Source: Octopus sinensis
Taxonomy: Eukaryota
Direction: 5' to 3'
Assembly: GCF_006345805.1 (NCBI RefSeq)
Contig: NC_043008.1
Location: 682,001 to 746,000 of the forward strand
Length of the DNA stretch: 64,000 bases
Shown here: in pieces, positions 42,175 through 55,350 of the stretch
Numbering within the stretch: position 1 is the stretch's first letter
How the letters are laid out: the number at the start of each line of letters is the position of its first letter
Translations under genes and position numbers: made by a program
Notes under the pieces: model-generated
What the model was told of the DNA's origin: nothing
Databases searched by the model: none
What the model saw: the letters and a program-made list of their open reading frames with translations, nothing else

Positions 42175-42475
42175 ACCACCAACTCCTCCCCTTCACACCT
42201 TCTTCTTCTTCTTTTTCTTCCTCCTCTGCCTCCTCCTCTTCTTCCCCTTCCTCCCTTTCTTCGTCTTCTTCCTCTCCCTCCTCCGCTTCTTCTTCCACTT
42301 CTTTTTTTTCTTCTTCTTCTTCCACTTCCTCATTTTCCTCTACTTCTTCCCCACTTCATCCTCCTTTTCTTCCTCCTCCTCTCCCCCTCCTCTCCCTCTC
42401 CTCTCTCTTCTCTCCCTCCTCCTCCTCCTCCTCCTCTCATCATCACCATCATCAATATCCTTCTCCTCTTCCATA
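42175..42475. repeat. Polypyrimidine (CTT/CCT)n low-complexity tract
   Basis: Direct reading. Confidence 0.9.
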
Positions 42476-42615
42476 CCTAGTAAGTAATATTCTGCTATAT
42501 AAATGAGAGTGCATGTGGTTATGTATTTCTGTTCAGCCCCGAAAGGCTCTGAAACGGTGCGTCGTTTGAGAAAAACGAATTCGACATTTGAAATCCGAAG
42601 ACATCGCTTTCTTAC

Positions 42616-42664
42616 CTGCCTCAGAGTCTCGCAAACGAGTACTTGCCACTGGTTTCCCTCCTAA
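42616..42664 (-). CDS. Candidate 49-nt internal exon (LGGKPVASTRLRDSEA + G)
   Basis: Acceptor taatttttcag|TTA and strong donor GCAG|gtaaga; open frame; phase-1 end is compatible with 40343-40425. Confidence 0.35.
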
Positions 42665-43498
42665 CTGAAAAATTATTTAAATAGCTTTTTTTTTTCATGT
42701 CCCATATTTTAACTTACAGACATATTCTTTAATTTATATAAACACAAAGTGCGCCTGTACTGCTTTAATTCATCTCCGTACAACACCAAGCCAAGGAAAT
42801 CTTGTCTACCAGAATGCCAATCAGGCTAATTTTTAATTCAGGAAAGCTGACATTGCGAACTGTCGTCCGGTGCAAAATGTCTGATACGAAAAGGGCCCGT
42901 GAAGGGTAAAAAGTGGGTGGGCAAATTGACACGTTAAAATAATATTAAGTTTTCCAAATATTTTAAATTGTCCAACGCCATTGCTGAGAAGGAAGAACTG
43001 TACAAATGTAAACACTATTTTGTAATCTCATTAAAACTGTATGAGGGCTGAAAATGTGTGTATGTGTGTGTACTTGTGTGTGTGTGTATGTGTGTGTGTG
43101 TATGTGTGTGTGTATGTGTGTGTGTGTGTGTTATTTGATATAAGAAACGCTGCTGTTAGTGCGTAAAACAAATGATTATATACATGCATATACATACGTA
43201 CATGCATAATTACATATGTGAATCTATGTATCTATATATTTCTCTATCGACACACACACATGTATATATGTGTGTGTGTATATATATATATATATTTATA
43301 AATGTATGTACGTACGTATGTATGTATGCATGTATGTATGCATGTATGTGGATGAATGAATGCTGACTGACACAAATTGTCCTGCAGTGTACGTGCGTAC
43401 GCAATATATACAATTATATGCGCATAAGTATACATACGCACATACTTATACGTGCACACATGCTTACATACATACACACATGCATGCTTACATTCATT

Positions 43499-43530
<32 letters not shown>

Positions 43531-43744
43531 CATACATGCATATATACATACATATATAAGTACATACATACATACATACATACATACATACATACATACA
43601 TACATACATACATACATGCATACATACATATATACATACATACATATATACATGCATACATACATATATACATACATACATATATACATGCATACATATA
43701 TCTTGTGTCTTTGACTGAATTGGTGGGTTGAAACAAAAATTTTA

Positions 43745-43915
43745 TTGTGTCTAGGGAGGGTCATCGTGCTAATATAATTAACACACACACTGGTTCAATT
43801 CCACTTACTTATTAAATGTTCGATTAAAATCGGAATTGAACCAGTGTGTGTGTTAATTATATTAGCACGATGACCCTCTCTAGACACAACAAGATAGAAT
43901 TATAGTAATACACAA
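43745..43915 (+). mobile_element. Short fold-back element
   Basis: 58-bp arms at 43745-43802 and 43832-43889 (1 mismatch) with a 29-bp spacer. The right end of the element beyond the arm is uncertain. Confidence 0.6.
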
Positions 43916-44670
43916 ACTTTTTCATGAAGTGTTAAACTTGTGCATAGTCATGGTTTCATTATTGGGTTGCCATCTGTTAATAGTTGAACAAGCATCTATA
44001 TACACATGTGCAAACATGGGCAGTTTTTAAGGGAAACTAGCAGGCGCCTATGCATGCAAAGCTTGTCATACATACTCCTGAAGTTGCAGCGGCACTAGAT
44101 AAAATAAATCTCGCGTTACGAACCTTGAAACCTTGACGAACATAGAGACCTTGAGTCGGAGTAACTAGTCGTCTTTATTGCTGAAATCTACGTGATATAC
44201 ATAGTAATATACATACTTATTGACTGAAGTGAATAGAGACACACCAGTTTCCAAAGTTTCTATTTTACAGCCAGACGTAAAAAAAATCAGATGTGGGTTG
44301 CTGAGATCCAATTCTGCATGGTAGCACAGGGGCCAGTCCACATATTTAGTGAATAAATCACCCGGAGAAATATATTTATTCAAACACAAAACTATATATC
44401 TATATGTTCTATTCTCGCACTGGTTTTGTGTATGTTAATACATATACAGAGTGCCCATCTCTTTCGAATTCATATATTAACAGTTTAAATATCAATTATT
44501 ATAATATATGAAACCCTTTATTCTATGCTAATTTAGTTAATTTTGTCAAGGTCCATTTTCAGTTTGTCAGATAGAAGTTTAAATGTAATAAAATGTTTTA
44601 AGAGAAATTCATAGTGCCTACGTGATAACTGTAAACCTAATTTTGGGCCACAATATATATGTATATATAT

Positions 44671-44942
44671 CAATGGAACAGATTACTCGGGAAATAAACG
44701 TGCAAGTGGCTGAGCACTCTACAGACACGTATACCCTCGACGTAGTTCTCAGGGAGATTCAACGTGGCACAGAGTGTGACAAGGCTGGCCCCTTTGAAAA
44801 ACACGTACTACTCATTTTTGCCAGCTGAGTGGACAGGAGCAATGGGAAGTAAAGTGTTTTCCTCAAGGGCACAACGCGTCGCCGGGAATTGAACACACGA
44901 CCGTGAGCCGAATGCCCTAACCACTAAGCCACGCGTCTTCAC
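44671..44942 (-). mobile_element. SINE family C
   Basis: tRNA-like head with A/B boxes; body and tail shared with 28262-28553 and 10786-10921. Confidence 0.8.
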
Positions 44943-45684
44943 AAGAACACACACAACTGTTCAAAGGTAGTTAGCTTGTTATGATGCACTTGCTCCTACT
45001 ATCCCAACCAAACACGCCCATTTGCCTTTTTCCCTGCCACTCTTGTTTTATGTCCCTCCCAAATCACATTCTAGACATTTCAAACTGTCCTCTGGGTCTA
45101 GAATTACTAACCCCTAGAAGAACACTTTTAGAACATTTTTCTCCGCCTTCGTATCGTTTGCCAAATAGCAACGTACAGGTGTTCTTACCCAACAGACACT
45201 GCATCAATCAGTTTAGTCTGGGCGGGCCTGCAGATGTCATGAATACTGCCCTACCTCTTTTGAATAGTTCATTTAAAAGAAAAAGGATGCCATAAAAAAT
45301 CTGGAGACCAACAGCGTACGAATAATAAGACGTCAAACAGCATGATACATAACTGAATACGTTGGAAGGAAAAACCTCACACAACGCTGTTTAAGACCGC
45401 TGCTGGAGGGCCACGTAGTGATACGCTTTTACCATTTCTCGTCACGGTATATCTAAAAGGGGTTTTGAGATGTACGAGAGTCCTAGTTTACAAAATATAT
45501 TGGTTTCATATTTTGGTACAAAGCCAGCAGTTTTGGGTAGGAACTTACATTATAAACCCTAGTGCTCCACTGAAAGTACATTGAGAACATTCTAACGTCT
45601 ATTCTGTAATTTTTAAGATCTCTACACCATGTTTTACACTCTCATATACACACATATGCATACATACATACATACATACATACA

Positions 45685-45718
<34 letters not shown>

Positions 45719-45742
45719 CATACATACGTACATACATACATT

Positions 45743-46072
45743 CAGGAAATCAAGTAGAGATGCAGTACGACCGTCTCAAGCGACTCCATTAATTGAACAA
45801 TGCAATCATTACATCAATTTAACTGCAGTGCCATCTTCAGCTGCTCAAATAAGTAAATACAATTTTAACCAGTCGGACACAATATAATTTTTCTCAAATT
45901 TGAGAAAAATTATAAATATATAAATAAATAGAATTTTAAGCAGTCGGACACATTAATATAATTTTTCTCAAATATTTGAGAAAAATTATGCTAATATTGA
46001 TGTAATGATTGCATTGTTCAATTAAATGGATTCGCTTGAAATGGTCGTACTGCATCACTGCTTGATATCCTG
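45743..46072. mobile_element. Fold-back element with nested palindromes
   Basis: ~76-bp imperfect arms at 45743-45818 and 45996-46072; internal duplicated unit containing perfect 32-bp palindromes at 45883-45914 and 45958-45989. Confidence 0.6.
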
Positions 46073-46177
46073 TTGCTTATTTTCCTTTTATTCACCTTCG
46101 AGCTGTGCAGATAATACCGGACTGACTTAGTCCTTCAACTTAAGTACCGAATTCAACTGAATTTCATATATATACAC

Positions 46178-46219
<42 letters not shown>

Positions 46220-46295
46220 CTATTATTATATATACAATACATACACAACCACACACACACACACACACAACACACACACACACACACACACACAC

Positions 46296-46347
<52 letters not shown>

Positions 46348-46359
46348 ATGGACCAAAGA

Positions 46360-46752
46360 TTGGTCCAGGCCATGTCTAACTTAATAGCACCACCTGATAG
46401 GATTATTTGAATCCTTTTTAAGTCAAGTTTTGTTTATGGTCCATTCAAGTAGTGAGTTTTTGTTGGGTGAGTTGTATCCAATTATGGGTGGCTTATCTGG
46501 TATTCCTTGAAGGAATCTATCCAGATTACGTTTAAATTTGATGGGATCATTTTCCTCTTTGATCTCTTTCGGGACAATGTTAAATAGGGCAGGGCCTGTT
46601 GAGGAAAAGAAATTATGTTGCTCTTGAATTGGGCAGGGGACGTATGGCCCGTGGTCCCAGGCTTGGATGAACCTTGAAGCTAATGTTCAGGTCGTTTGGG
46701 CAAAGTTGACGGTATATCTCCACATCGTACAAATGATGTACCGCTCACGGCG
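46360..46752 (-). mobile_element. 3' end of a CR1-group LINE
   Basis: RRERYIIC...NFFSSTGPALFNIVPKEIKEENDPIKFKRNLDRFLQGIPDKPPIIGYNSPNKNSLLEW, then a short UTR and (AT)n. Confidence 0.8.
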
Positions 46753-46768
46753 ATATATATATATATAC

Positions 46769-46835
<67 letters not shown>

Positions 46836-46856
46836 ATATATATAAATACGTACATA

Positions 46857-46923
<67 letters not shown>

Positions 46924-46982
46924 ATCTATCTATCTATATATATATATATATATATGTATGTATATGTATATGTATATATAGA

Positions 46983-47553
46983 CAGACATGCAGGAAGTAA
47001 ATAGACACGTTAATTTTCAAAATCTTTTATTTGATATTAATTGGTTGAAGGAGAGGTTTTCTTCTAGCTGTTCGTCTATAATACCTAAGCTTATGCAGAT
47101 ATGTAACACACGTTCTTGCATTAACTTCTAGCTGTTTTGCAATGTCAGAAGCCTTCGAATGGGGTTCGTTTTCCACAATTCTCTTCAAACATCGAAGCTT
47201 TCTTTCCGAGGACCCAGGTGGGACGAGACCAGAATCTGTTGATTCTTTTCCTTGGCTTTTGAATTGTCCTATAATTCTATTAACAGTAGCAAGAGGAATT
47301 CGAACATTTTCGACAATTTTTTGCTGGCTAAGACCAAGCTCAGATTGCCCAAAAATACGACCTCCTTGAAAATCTGACAGTTCTGCTGAATTTTTTTGTG
47401 CGTGGCATGGTTACCCTTCGGAAATGTTTAATATAATGGCACCTGGAATGAAAAGGAATAGTTAGATAGTAAATTCTACACCGCTGAAAACATTAGAACG
47501 CTTAGATCAGAAATTTTGAAAATAAAGGTGTCTATTTACTTCATGGATGCCTG
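46983..47553 (-). mobile_element. Internally deleted Tc1 element retaining both TIRs and the N-terminal DNA-binding region
   Basis: TIRs match at 23/26 (caggcatccatgaagtaaatagacac); TA at 47554-47555; ATG at 47408; one +1 shift in an A7 run; then open to TAA at 47027-47029 (ELSDFQGGRIFGQ...IPLATVNRII...ARRKPLL). Confidence 0.85.
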
Positions 47554-47595
47554 TACAACACACACACCACACACACACACAACACACCACACACA

Positions 47596-47656
<61 letters not shown>

Positions 47657-47667
47657 GTATACACATG

Positions 47668-47850
47668 GGGAGAGTTTTCGAAAAAAACAAAAGACGAAGA
47701 CAGGTGGTGCACAAAACAGATATATTAGTATAACTCTCAGGAATAGAAAAAGTCTTTTACGTTTCGAGCCTACGCTCTTCTACAGAAAGGAACACAGAAA
47801 AAAAACAGGAGAGAAACAAGGAGATAAAAAAGATGTGGATAGTGGCTAAC
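47668..47850 (-). mobile_element. Short HHR-bearing repeat (family F), probable PLE terminal repeat
   Basis: Non-simple island between microsatellites that contains the 47754-47789 motif. Confidence 0.4.
47754..47789 (-). ncRNA. Hammerhead-like motif with non-canonical core (CTGTAGA)
   Basis: cttt-CTGTAGA-a-gagc-gtag-gctc-GAAA-cg-TA-aaag; all three stems pair. Confidence 0.5.
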
Positions 47851-47859
47851 GATCTCTCT

Positions 47860-47936
<77 letters not shown>

Positions 47937-47965
47937 TATATATATACATATGTATATATATAATG

Positions 47966-47998
<33 letters not shown>

Positions 47999-48033
47999 AT
48001 ATATATATATATATAATATATATATATATATAA

Positions 48034-48071
<38 letters not shown>

Positions 48072-48133
48072 ATATATATATACGTTTAAATATTGTTGGC
48101 AAAATGGCAATATGACCATTCCGAAATATAACA

Positions 48134-48198
<65 letters not shown>

Positions 48199-49124
48199 AG
48201 TATATATATGTATGTAGTATGTGATTGCTATGAAGGCAATTTGAACGAGCGACCGTGGTCACGCTGAAAGATAACGGCGCTTGAATTTCACTTGACGACT
48301 TTATAAGTGTATAATAGTTACGAAGAACACATTTCTTAATCATTTGTGTATGTGTACTTAACACACACCAACCGACCAAGCTTGTTTACGTTTCGGATCA
48401 AAAAGCGAATCCAAACGTATACAATAAAACAGACATTTGTGAATAAATGCAGTAAGAGATGAAGGGAAAAGCAAAAGGTAAAAAAAAGCGAAAGAAAAGG
48501 GGAGGGATGCGATATACAGAAATAAAGAGAAACTCAGAGATGATCAGGGAGCGTGAGAGAGGCAGGGAGGAGGAGAACATATGTAAATAAAGACGAACGA
48601 AGATATGTTTGTTTGTTTTTCATTTGTTTGTTTGTTGGTCCATTATAAGGGTTTTAGAAAAGTGTAATGCAAGCGACAGATTTCAGCACATATTTAGAGC
48701 AGATGTCAATGGTGAGATCGGATTAGGGCATTTAGTACGGTTGATGTGAATTTTCGTAAGTATTTAAGAGCGAAATAAATTGAATGTAACGACAACTTGT
48801 CTTCACGTAGGTATTCATTTCCTAAAAGCACGAAAAATGAGTAAACAAAAAAAAAAAAACAAAGATACCAAAATAAAATAATAAAAAAGTAATAGCAGAA
48901 TGTAAAAAAAAAATGTTTAGAAAGATACAGCTGAAATGTAATTTGCGTTTTACGGGTAACCGCTGTCACGCTGGGAACGTGGGGTTTTGTAAAAATTTAA
49001 TATGATACGTAAAACTGCTGAGCTGGGCTTCGTAAAACAGATGATGAATGTTACAGTATGTTTATATATTTGACTTGTTCTCTGCCCGCTCTCTCTCTCT
49101 TTCTCCCCATACACACATGTATGC

Positions 49125-49156
<32 letters not shown>

Positions 49157-49224
49157 GTGTGTGTGTTTCAATGCATGCAGTTGGCAGTGTACATGTACGT
49201 TTGTCTGTTCGTGTATTTCTATCC

Positions 49225-49298
<74 letters not shown>

Positions 49299-49829
49299 TG
49301 TTTTAAAAAAAGATGGGTGAATGTAGCAAGGATGGCACGTATGAATGACGAAGCCACCTTGAGCATAATCCTATGAACCCAGAAATTGAAAACAGAGGGT
49401 TACCCACTTGCAACAATGTGGTAACATATAACAATATTGACCAAGGTTACCGTGGTCTTTTTCGTAGGCTTTTCTTCCCACGGATAAACCTTACTTGCTT
49501 TCCCCTTTACACCATATATCATAACACTGTGTTACACGATCCCTATTGATCGTTCTTTTTTTTTCCTCTTCCCCTTTTTTTCCCCTTTTTTCTTCTTTTT
49601 TCATTTCTCTTTCCTTTTGTTCCTTTTCCTTTTCTTTTTTTTTCTTTTATTCTTTTTCTTTTATTCAATTTTTTTTGTTCTTTTCTTCCTTTTACGATCC
49701 TCTTGATCGAAAACCTACGCCACCCCCTTTTTTTCTTTTGTTTTTTGTTCTCTTCATCCCCCAAAAGAAAAGCTCTACCTTGTAACTTGTCCCATCTGTG
49801 TGCAGCCCTGTTGGCCATAAAGAAACTTA

Positions 49830-49865
<36 letters not shown>

Positions 49866-50094
49866 TCTATCTCTATCATCTATCTATCTATCTATCTATC
49901 TATCTATATAAGAGATAAAAAAATATTACTATGGTGTTTTATTCTTGCTGGATAGTATTATCATTTTATAAAATAATATTTGTATCTCTTGCATATCTTA
50001 TCACTGATCTTGGTTCGAATTTTGACTGGGGATTTCAGCCGAGTAAACAGGCAGAGATGTAGTGAATGTTTTAAAATTTCGTCGTTAACGGTGG

Positions 50095-50168
50095 ATTCAA
50101 CTGAAGATGACCAATCGGATTCGCGCCAACGCACGTGATACGAAGAGTTTGAAATTGCAGTATTGAAT
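50095..50168 (+). ncRNA. Decayed hammerhead motif
   Basis: attcaa-CTGAAGA-[43 nt, poorly paired]-GAAA-ttgcag-TA-ttgaat; perfect 6-bp stem I; near-palindrome A(c>t)TGCAGT. Confidence 0.45.
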
Positions 50169-50592
50169 TATCCTTCATTTCTCTAACGGTCTACATAGAG
50201 GTAGGACAGAAGTTTCCTATATTCACGGCCCACAAACATCTCTGCCTGTCAACATTCAGTGAAGCTCTACACAGCGCCGATAACTTACCGGCTTTTGTTT
50301 CTATCAATGATCGTACTTCGTGTAAATTCGCTTTATAAATATGTGTGTGTGTGTATGTATAAATTCACACACACACATGTAGTCAATTCAAGTAAACGAA
50401 CAATAAAATTAACAATAACCGACAATGAGGAAGTGCAAAAGGAATATATTCGAGTGACACCCGGTAAAAAGAGAGAGCTTTTGATGTTTCGTGTATAGCT
50501 CTTCGTCGGAAAAGTCCAAAGAAGCTAAAAAAATTGCCAACAGCAACGTGTGTAGCTACAATATATTATATACATACACACATTATATATAT

Positions 50593-50649
<57 letters not shown>

Positions 50650-50871
50650 TATATACACAAATACAATATTAGATATGTACCTATATACACAAGTGTACTA
50701 CATGAGTACCTATATCGCTAAAAAATAGAAGCCGAATAATACTTCTGTACCACCGAATAGTCACAAATCTATTACAGACAAGACAGGAAAAAATATCAGT
50801 GATCAATAATAATGTCTTAGCTCTACTGGGTCAGAACAAGTAAATGCTGGTCAACCTGTATGTACATATGT

Positions 50872-50914
<43 letters not shown>

Positions 50915-51377
50915 AAGAGAGAGGGAGCGAGAGATACACATAAATGTAATCTTCATCTCCCACCTAATGTGAAGGTTATATAAAAACAGAGACTATTAGG
51001 AGGGGAGGGAAACTAAGGCAGAAAGGAAAACAGAGAGTGAGATTTACCGCCTCCCCTCTCTTTCTTATATGGTTGCTGCATTGTTACAACACGACCCTGA
51101 GGAGCTTAAGATGCCTCGGTGCGAAAGGCTTCCTGTTGGTGCCGAGATGGCGATTGGACAAGAATGTTAAGTGTATTATTCATTGGCAGAATGTAAAACG
51201 TGCTACATGATGCTAATGCCATTATATTAAGCACCACCAATTGTACACCGTTTCTTTGCTCAACATGGAATAATGCATCTGAAGAATGACATTCTTGCGG
51301 TAAAAAACTAAGAAGATATTTGCTTCTGAACCATTAATAATTAAGCATACAACACTGTGTGTATCAGTTTTCTATAA

Positions 51378-51630
<253 letters not shown>

Positions 51631-51903
51631 AGAAAGGCGGGGATTTTTAGGGAACACGCACAGCCGCACGTTTCCATACTTGCTCACACACGAAGTTCAA
51701 ATGCATGAGCGCTTAACCGTCGGAAATGTAATTCCATATTTATTACGAAGAGGAGCGAAGTTCTTAAATATCCTGACTTAAAATTTTTTTCTTGTGGTGG
51801 TATTATGGCACATTTTAGATTTATTGGAATGTGTTACTTTCAACACATTCCGATGAATGTATGTATGTATGTATGTTCACACACACACATACATACATAT
51901 ACA

Positions 51904-52085
51904 TACTTTATTTAAAAGTAGCAGAAATATAACAAAAGCTGTTACTCAGAGTTTCACGTCCCCGTTCGTTGGACAGTTCTTGTTACTCTGATTAACAGAT
52001 TTTGTTATATTTCTGCTGCTTTTAAATAAAGCATATTACTCTACCTCTGGTATTTGAGTACTCTTTTTTCCACCTTGTTTCACAT
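51904..52085 (+). mobile_element. Family E short element with inverted arm
   Basis: Arms at 51904-51951 and 51986-52033; one-sided tail; related copy at 34195-34265. Confidence 0.55.
51939..51976 (-). ncRNA. Decayed hammerhead motif (repeat family E)
   Basis: ctgt-CCAACGA-acg-ggga-cgt-GAAA-ctc-t-gag-TA-acag; stems intact, core mutated. Confidence 0.5.
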
Positions 52086-52103
52086 TAATGAGCTTACTCC
52101 GGA

Positions 52104-52137
<34 letters not shown>

Positions 52138-52168
52138 GAGAGGAGAGAGAGAGAGAGAGAGAGAGATT

Positions 52169-52244
<76 letters not shown>

Positions 52245-52609
52245 TACAGAGTGAAATAGAAAGCGAGAGTGTAAGAAAGAGAGACAGAGTGAAGTCGACA
52301 GACAAAGGACAGACGAGGAGTAGCAAAACAATAAAACAACTAAAATCAGTGAAGAAATAAAATAAAATATACCAGAAAAGTGCAAATAGATGTTTATACG
52401 TGAAATGCTTTTCTTGCCGACCAACTTTTCACATTTTATTGATAACACCTGTCAGTTTTACGATAATAGATCTTTCCCTTTAAAAGAATATCTTTGCAGT
52501 GCCCTATTTATTAGGGCTTAAAAGGTATCAGATGTTTGCTATAACCACACGTGTAGTTAATTTCGTTCAGTAGTAATAATGGTTTATGGTTTAGGCTGGA
52601 GGTTAGTAA

Positions 52610-53070
52610 TTTTTAGAGGAGATGGTGGGGCGTTAGTCAATAACATCGACCCCAGTATCGAACTGGTACTTTATTTCATTGACCTCCAGCAGCTGAAGGG
52701 CAAAGTCGACCTTGGTGGAGGTTTTTGAAATTCTTGTGTGAAATGACGGACCAAATGCGGCAAAGCTTTCTTTTTCTTTTTTTTTGTGTTATTTTGTTGA
52801 TTTTACGATTTTGCCAGTTCGCTAAGAATTGGTTGAGAAATAAAAACCATTCCAAAATTTCGTACAAAGCTGTCGATTGAAGTGGGGTGGGTGGAGTTAG
52901 CCGATTATATTGACTCCGGTGATCAACTGGTATTTATTTTATCGCCCCCAAAACGATGAAATCCAAAGTTGATTCTGGTGACATTTAAACTGAAAATGTA
53001 ATGAATCGGAGTAAAAAAAATACTGCTTGGCATTTTATCTGATGATCTAATGTTTCTGCCAACTCGTTGT
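52610..53070 (-). mobile_element. Two decayed SINE B copies (~52610-52720, 52880-53070)
   Basis: atcgaccccagt..aactggtacttattt..aaagtcgacc. Confidence 0.65.
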
Positions 53071-53240
53071 CTTTGTTTGAGAATTAATAACGAGTAGAAA
53101 AATATACCGAAAATCTATGCTCTTGACCGAAGCCACACTTGCTTGAGTTGTTACAATATCGGCCTTCTATATCATGGTCACTCCTCAGTCACCTCTACTT
53201 CCTTATTAATTTCCTTATAATATATATATATATATATATA

Positions 53241-53306
<66 letters not shown>

Positions 53307-53439
53307 GTGTGTGTATGTATATATATATATATATAAAGCATTGAACTGGTAGAGATTTTAGAACATCGAAGAAAAAATTACTTTGAGATATGTCTACGGT
53401 ATTTCTGTTTGCGATATTTTTATCTAACAGGCGTAGTCA

Positions 53440-53545
53440 GGGTTTCGGATTCAGTTCCACTGTGTGGCACCTTGGCTGAGTATCTTCTACTATAACCCTA
53501 GTTCGACCAAAGCTTTGTGAGTGGATTTAATAGACAGAAACTCAT
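53440..53545 (+). mobile_element. SINE family A, core fragment
   Basis: ttcagttccactgtgtggcaccttgg...gtgagtggattt. Confidence 0.65.
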
Positions 53546-54974
53546 ATCCTCTTAATTGTACACAACTCAGAATTGAGCACTGGTTTCCTTAATAGCTGTA
53601 TCCAAGGGAGACATTTATCCAAGTTTCAGTCGATAATGGTAGCGGTTAATTAAGCAATTTTCCTCATAGAAAATATTTCAAACTTGGGGTTTTCTTTTTC
53701 TTATTTAAATATTTGTAGTTGTTATTTTTCTTTAGCTTTCCGTAATCCCTAAAGAAAATTTCTGATAAAATACGTCGCTGTTATGAACACACTCTCTTTC
53801 TGTTTACCCAGGTAGAACTATATAATCCTTTATATCACTTCATCTTGAAGACGGTAGAGTGTAATTTAAGAATGTTTCGGCTGTTATTTTCAACAAGTAG
53901 AGTAATTGTGTAGAAATTCATTCTTACCTTTAGCGTTTGTGTTCTTGACATGTAGCTCATGATCAATCAAAGAAAATAACATTAGTTGTTATCGGTCGCC
54001 GCTGAAAATTCAAGAACCACTCCATGACTTATTTGATAATCACCAAGAGCTTAAGCTAAGAAGCAATACTTTGGTGCTTCAGTAATCCAAACATATCTAG
54101 AATGGATTTTAAACAAAATTTTCAATCAGAAAACATCCTGAGTGATACATTATCAATATACTTGTTATCTAGTTTAGATTTATACGAAGAATAGAATTGT
54201 GGGTAGGATTGAGTCGTAAAAATTCTTATAAATCTTGAATTATACAAATGGAATATAACATCGTTGTTTAATCAAAAATCCCTAAAAAAAAGAAAGAAAT
54301 TTGAAACCTGATGGAATCGATTACATTTTCTGGAAGTGAATTTCAATTAATGTAGAATTTCAAAATCTTATTAGCAGTCGGTCTCCAGGAGATTTGAAAT
54401 TGAAAATGTGGTTCTGTCTTACTGAGATTAAAATTCAAAGAAAAAAATCAGGAGAAAATAAAATGAAATAAAAGCAAAGTAAATTGGTGGAGAAGAAGGC
54501 AAAGGAAAAGGTTCTGCTGTTGCTTCAACTAAATAACATCGTTTGGGGCCAGATAGATACTGTGAGAACATCTCATTGACATTATTGATTAAGGCTGTAC
54601 TGCAGAAATTTGAAGTGTGTGTATGTATGTATGTAGGTATGTATATAAATGTGTATGTATGTATGTGTGTGTGTATGTATGCATACATACATGCAAGTAT
54701 GTATGTATGCAAGTGTGTGTATGTGTGTATGTAGGTATGTAGGTATATATATTTGTATGTATGTGTGTGCGTATGTATGCATACATACATGCAAGTATGT
54801 ATTTATGCAAGTGTGTGTATGTATGTATGCGTGCATGTATATATGTAAATATGTATACGAATACATATGAAACCTGAATATCGTATGAATTCTACCTAAC
54901 TACCTACCATTTACCAACCTACCTACATACCTATCTACATACAAACATATATATATATATATAATATATATATA

Positions 54975-55024
<50 letters not shown>

Positions 55025-55169
55025 CAACTTATAAATAGGGCAAACGAAAAAATTCTAATGGCAAACATGCCGAAAATTGGACATATTGTCCATTTACCAT
55101 ATAATTTTTTTTCCAGTAAGCACGCTACTCGAAAAAGGCCGACAGAAATCTCTAAAAAATTCCATTATT

Positions 55170-55225
55170 ACCATAGACCGATTTCAGGGTTAGTTCAAAA
55201 AGAACCCTCCCTTCGTCAGTGATAC
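55170..55225 (-). ncRNA. Decayed hammerhead motif
   Basis: CTGACGA-aggg..gttc/gaac..ccct-GAAA-TCGGTC (compare GAAACCGGTC); stem I degenerate. Confidence 0.45.
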
Positions 55226-55311
55226 ATGTGGCAAAGAAGTAAATGAGATACTTACTCATACCCATGGAAGAAGCAAACACCAAGTCATGAACACAACTAA
55301 GTATTTATATA

Positions 55312-55350
<39 letters not shown>

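Noticed and set aside
50108-50145. CCAAT/E2F/E-box cluster as a promoter
   Set aside because: No TSS evidence, short motifs occur by chance, and the cluster sits inside an HHR-like frame.
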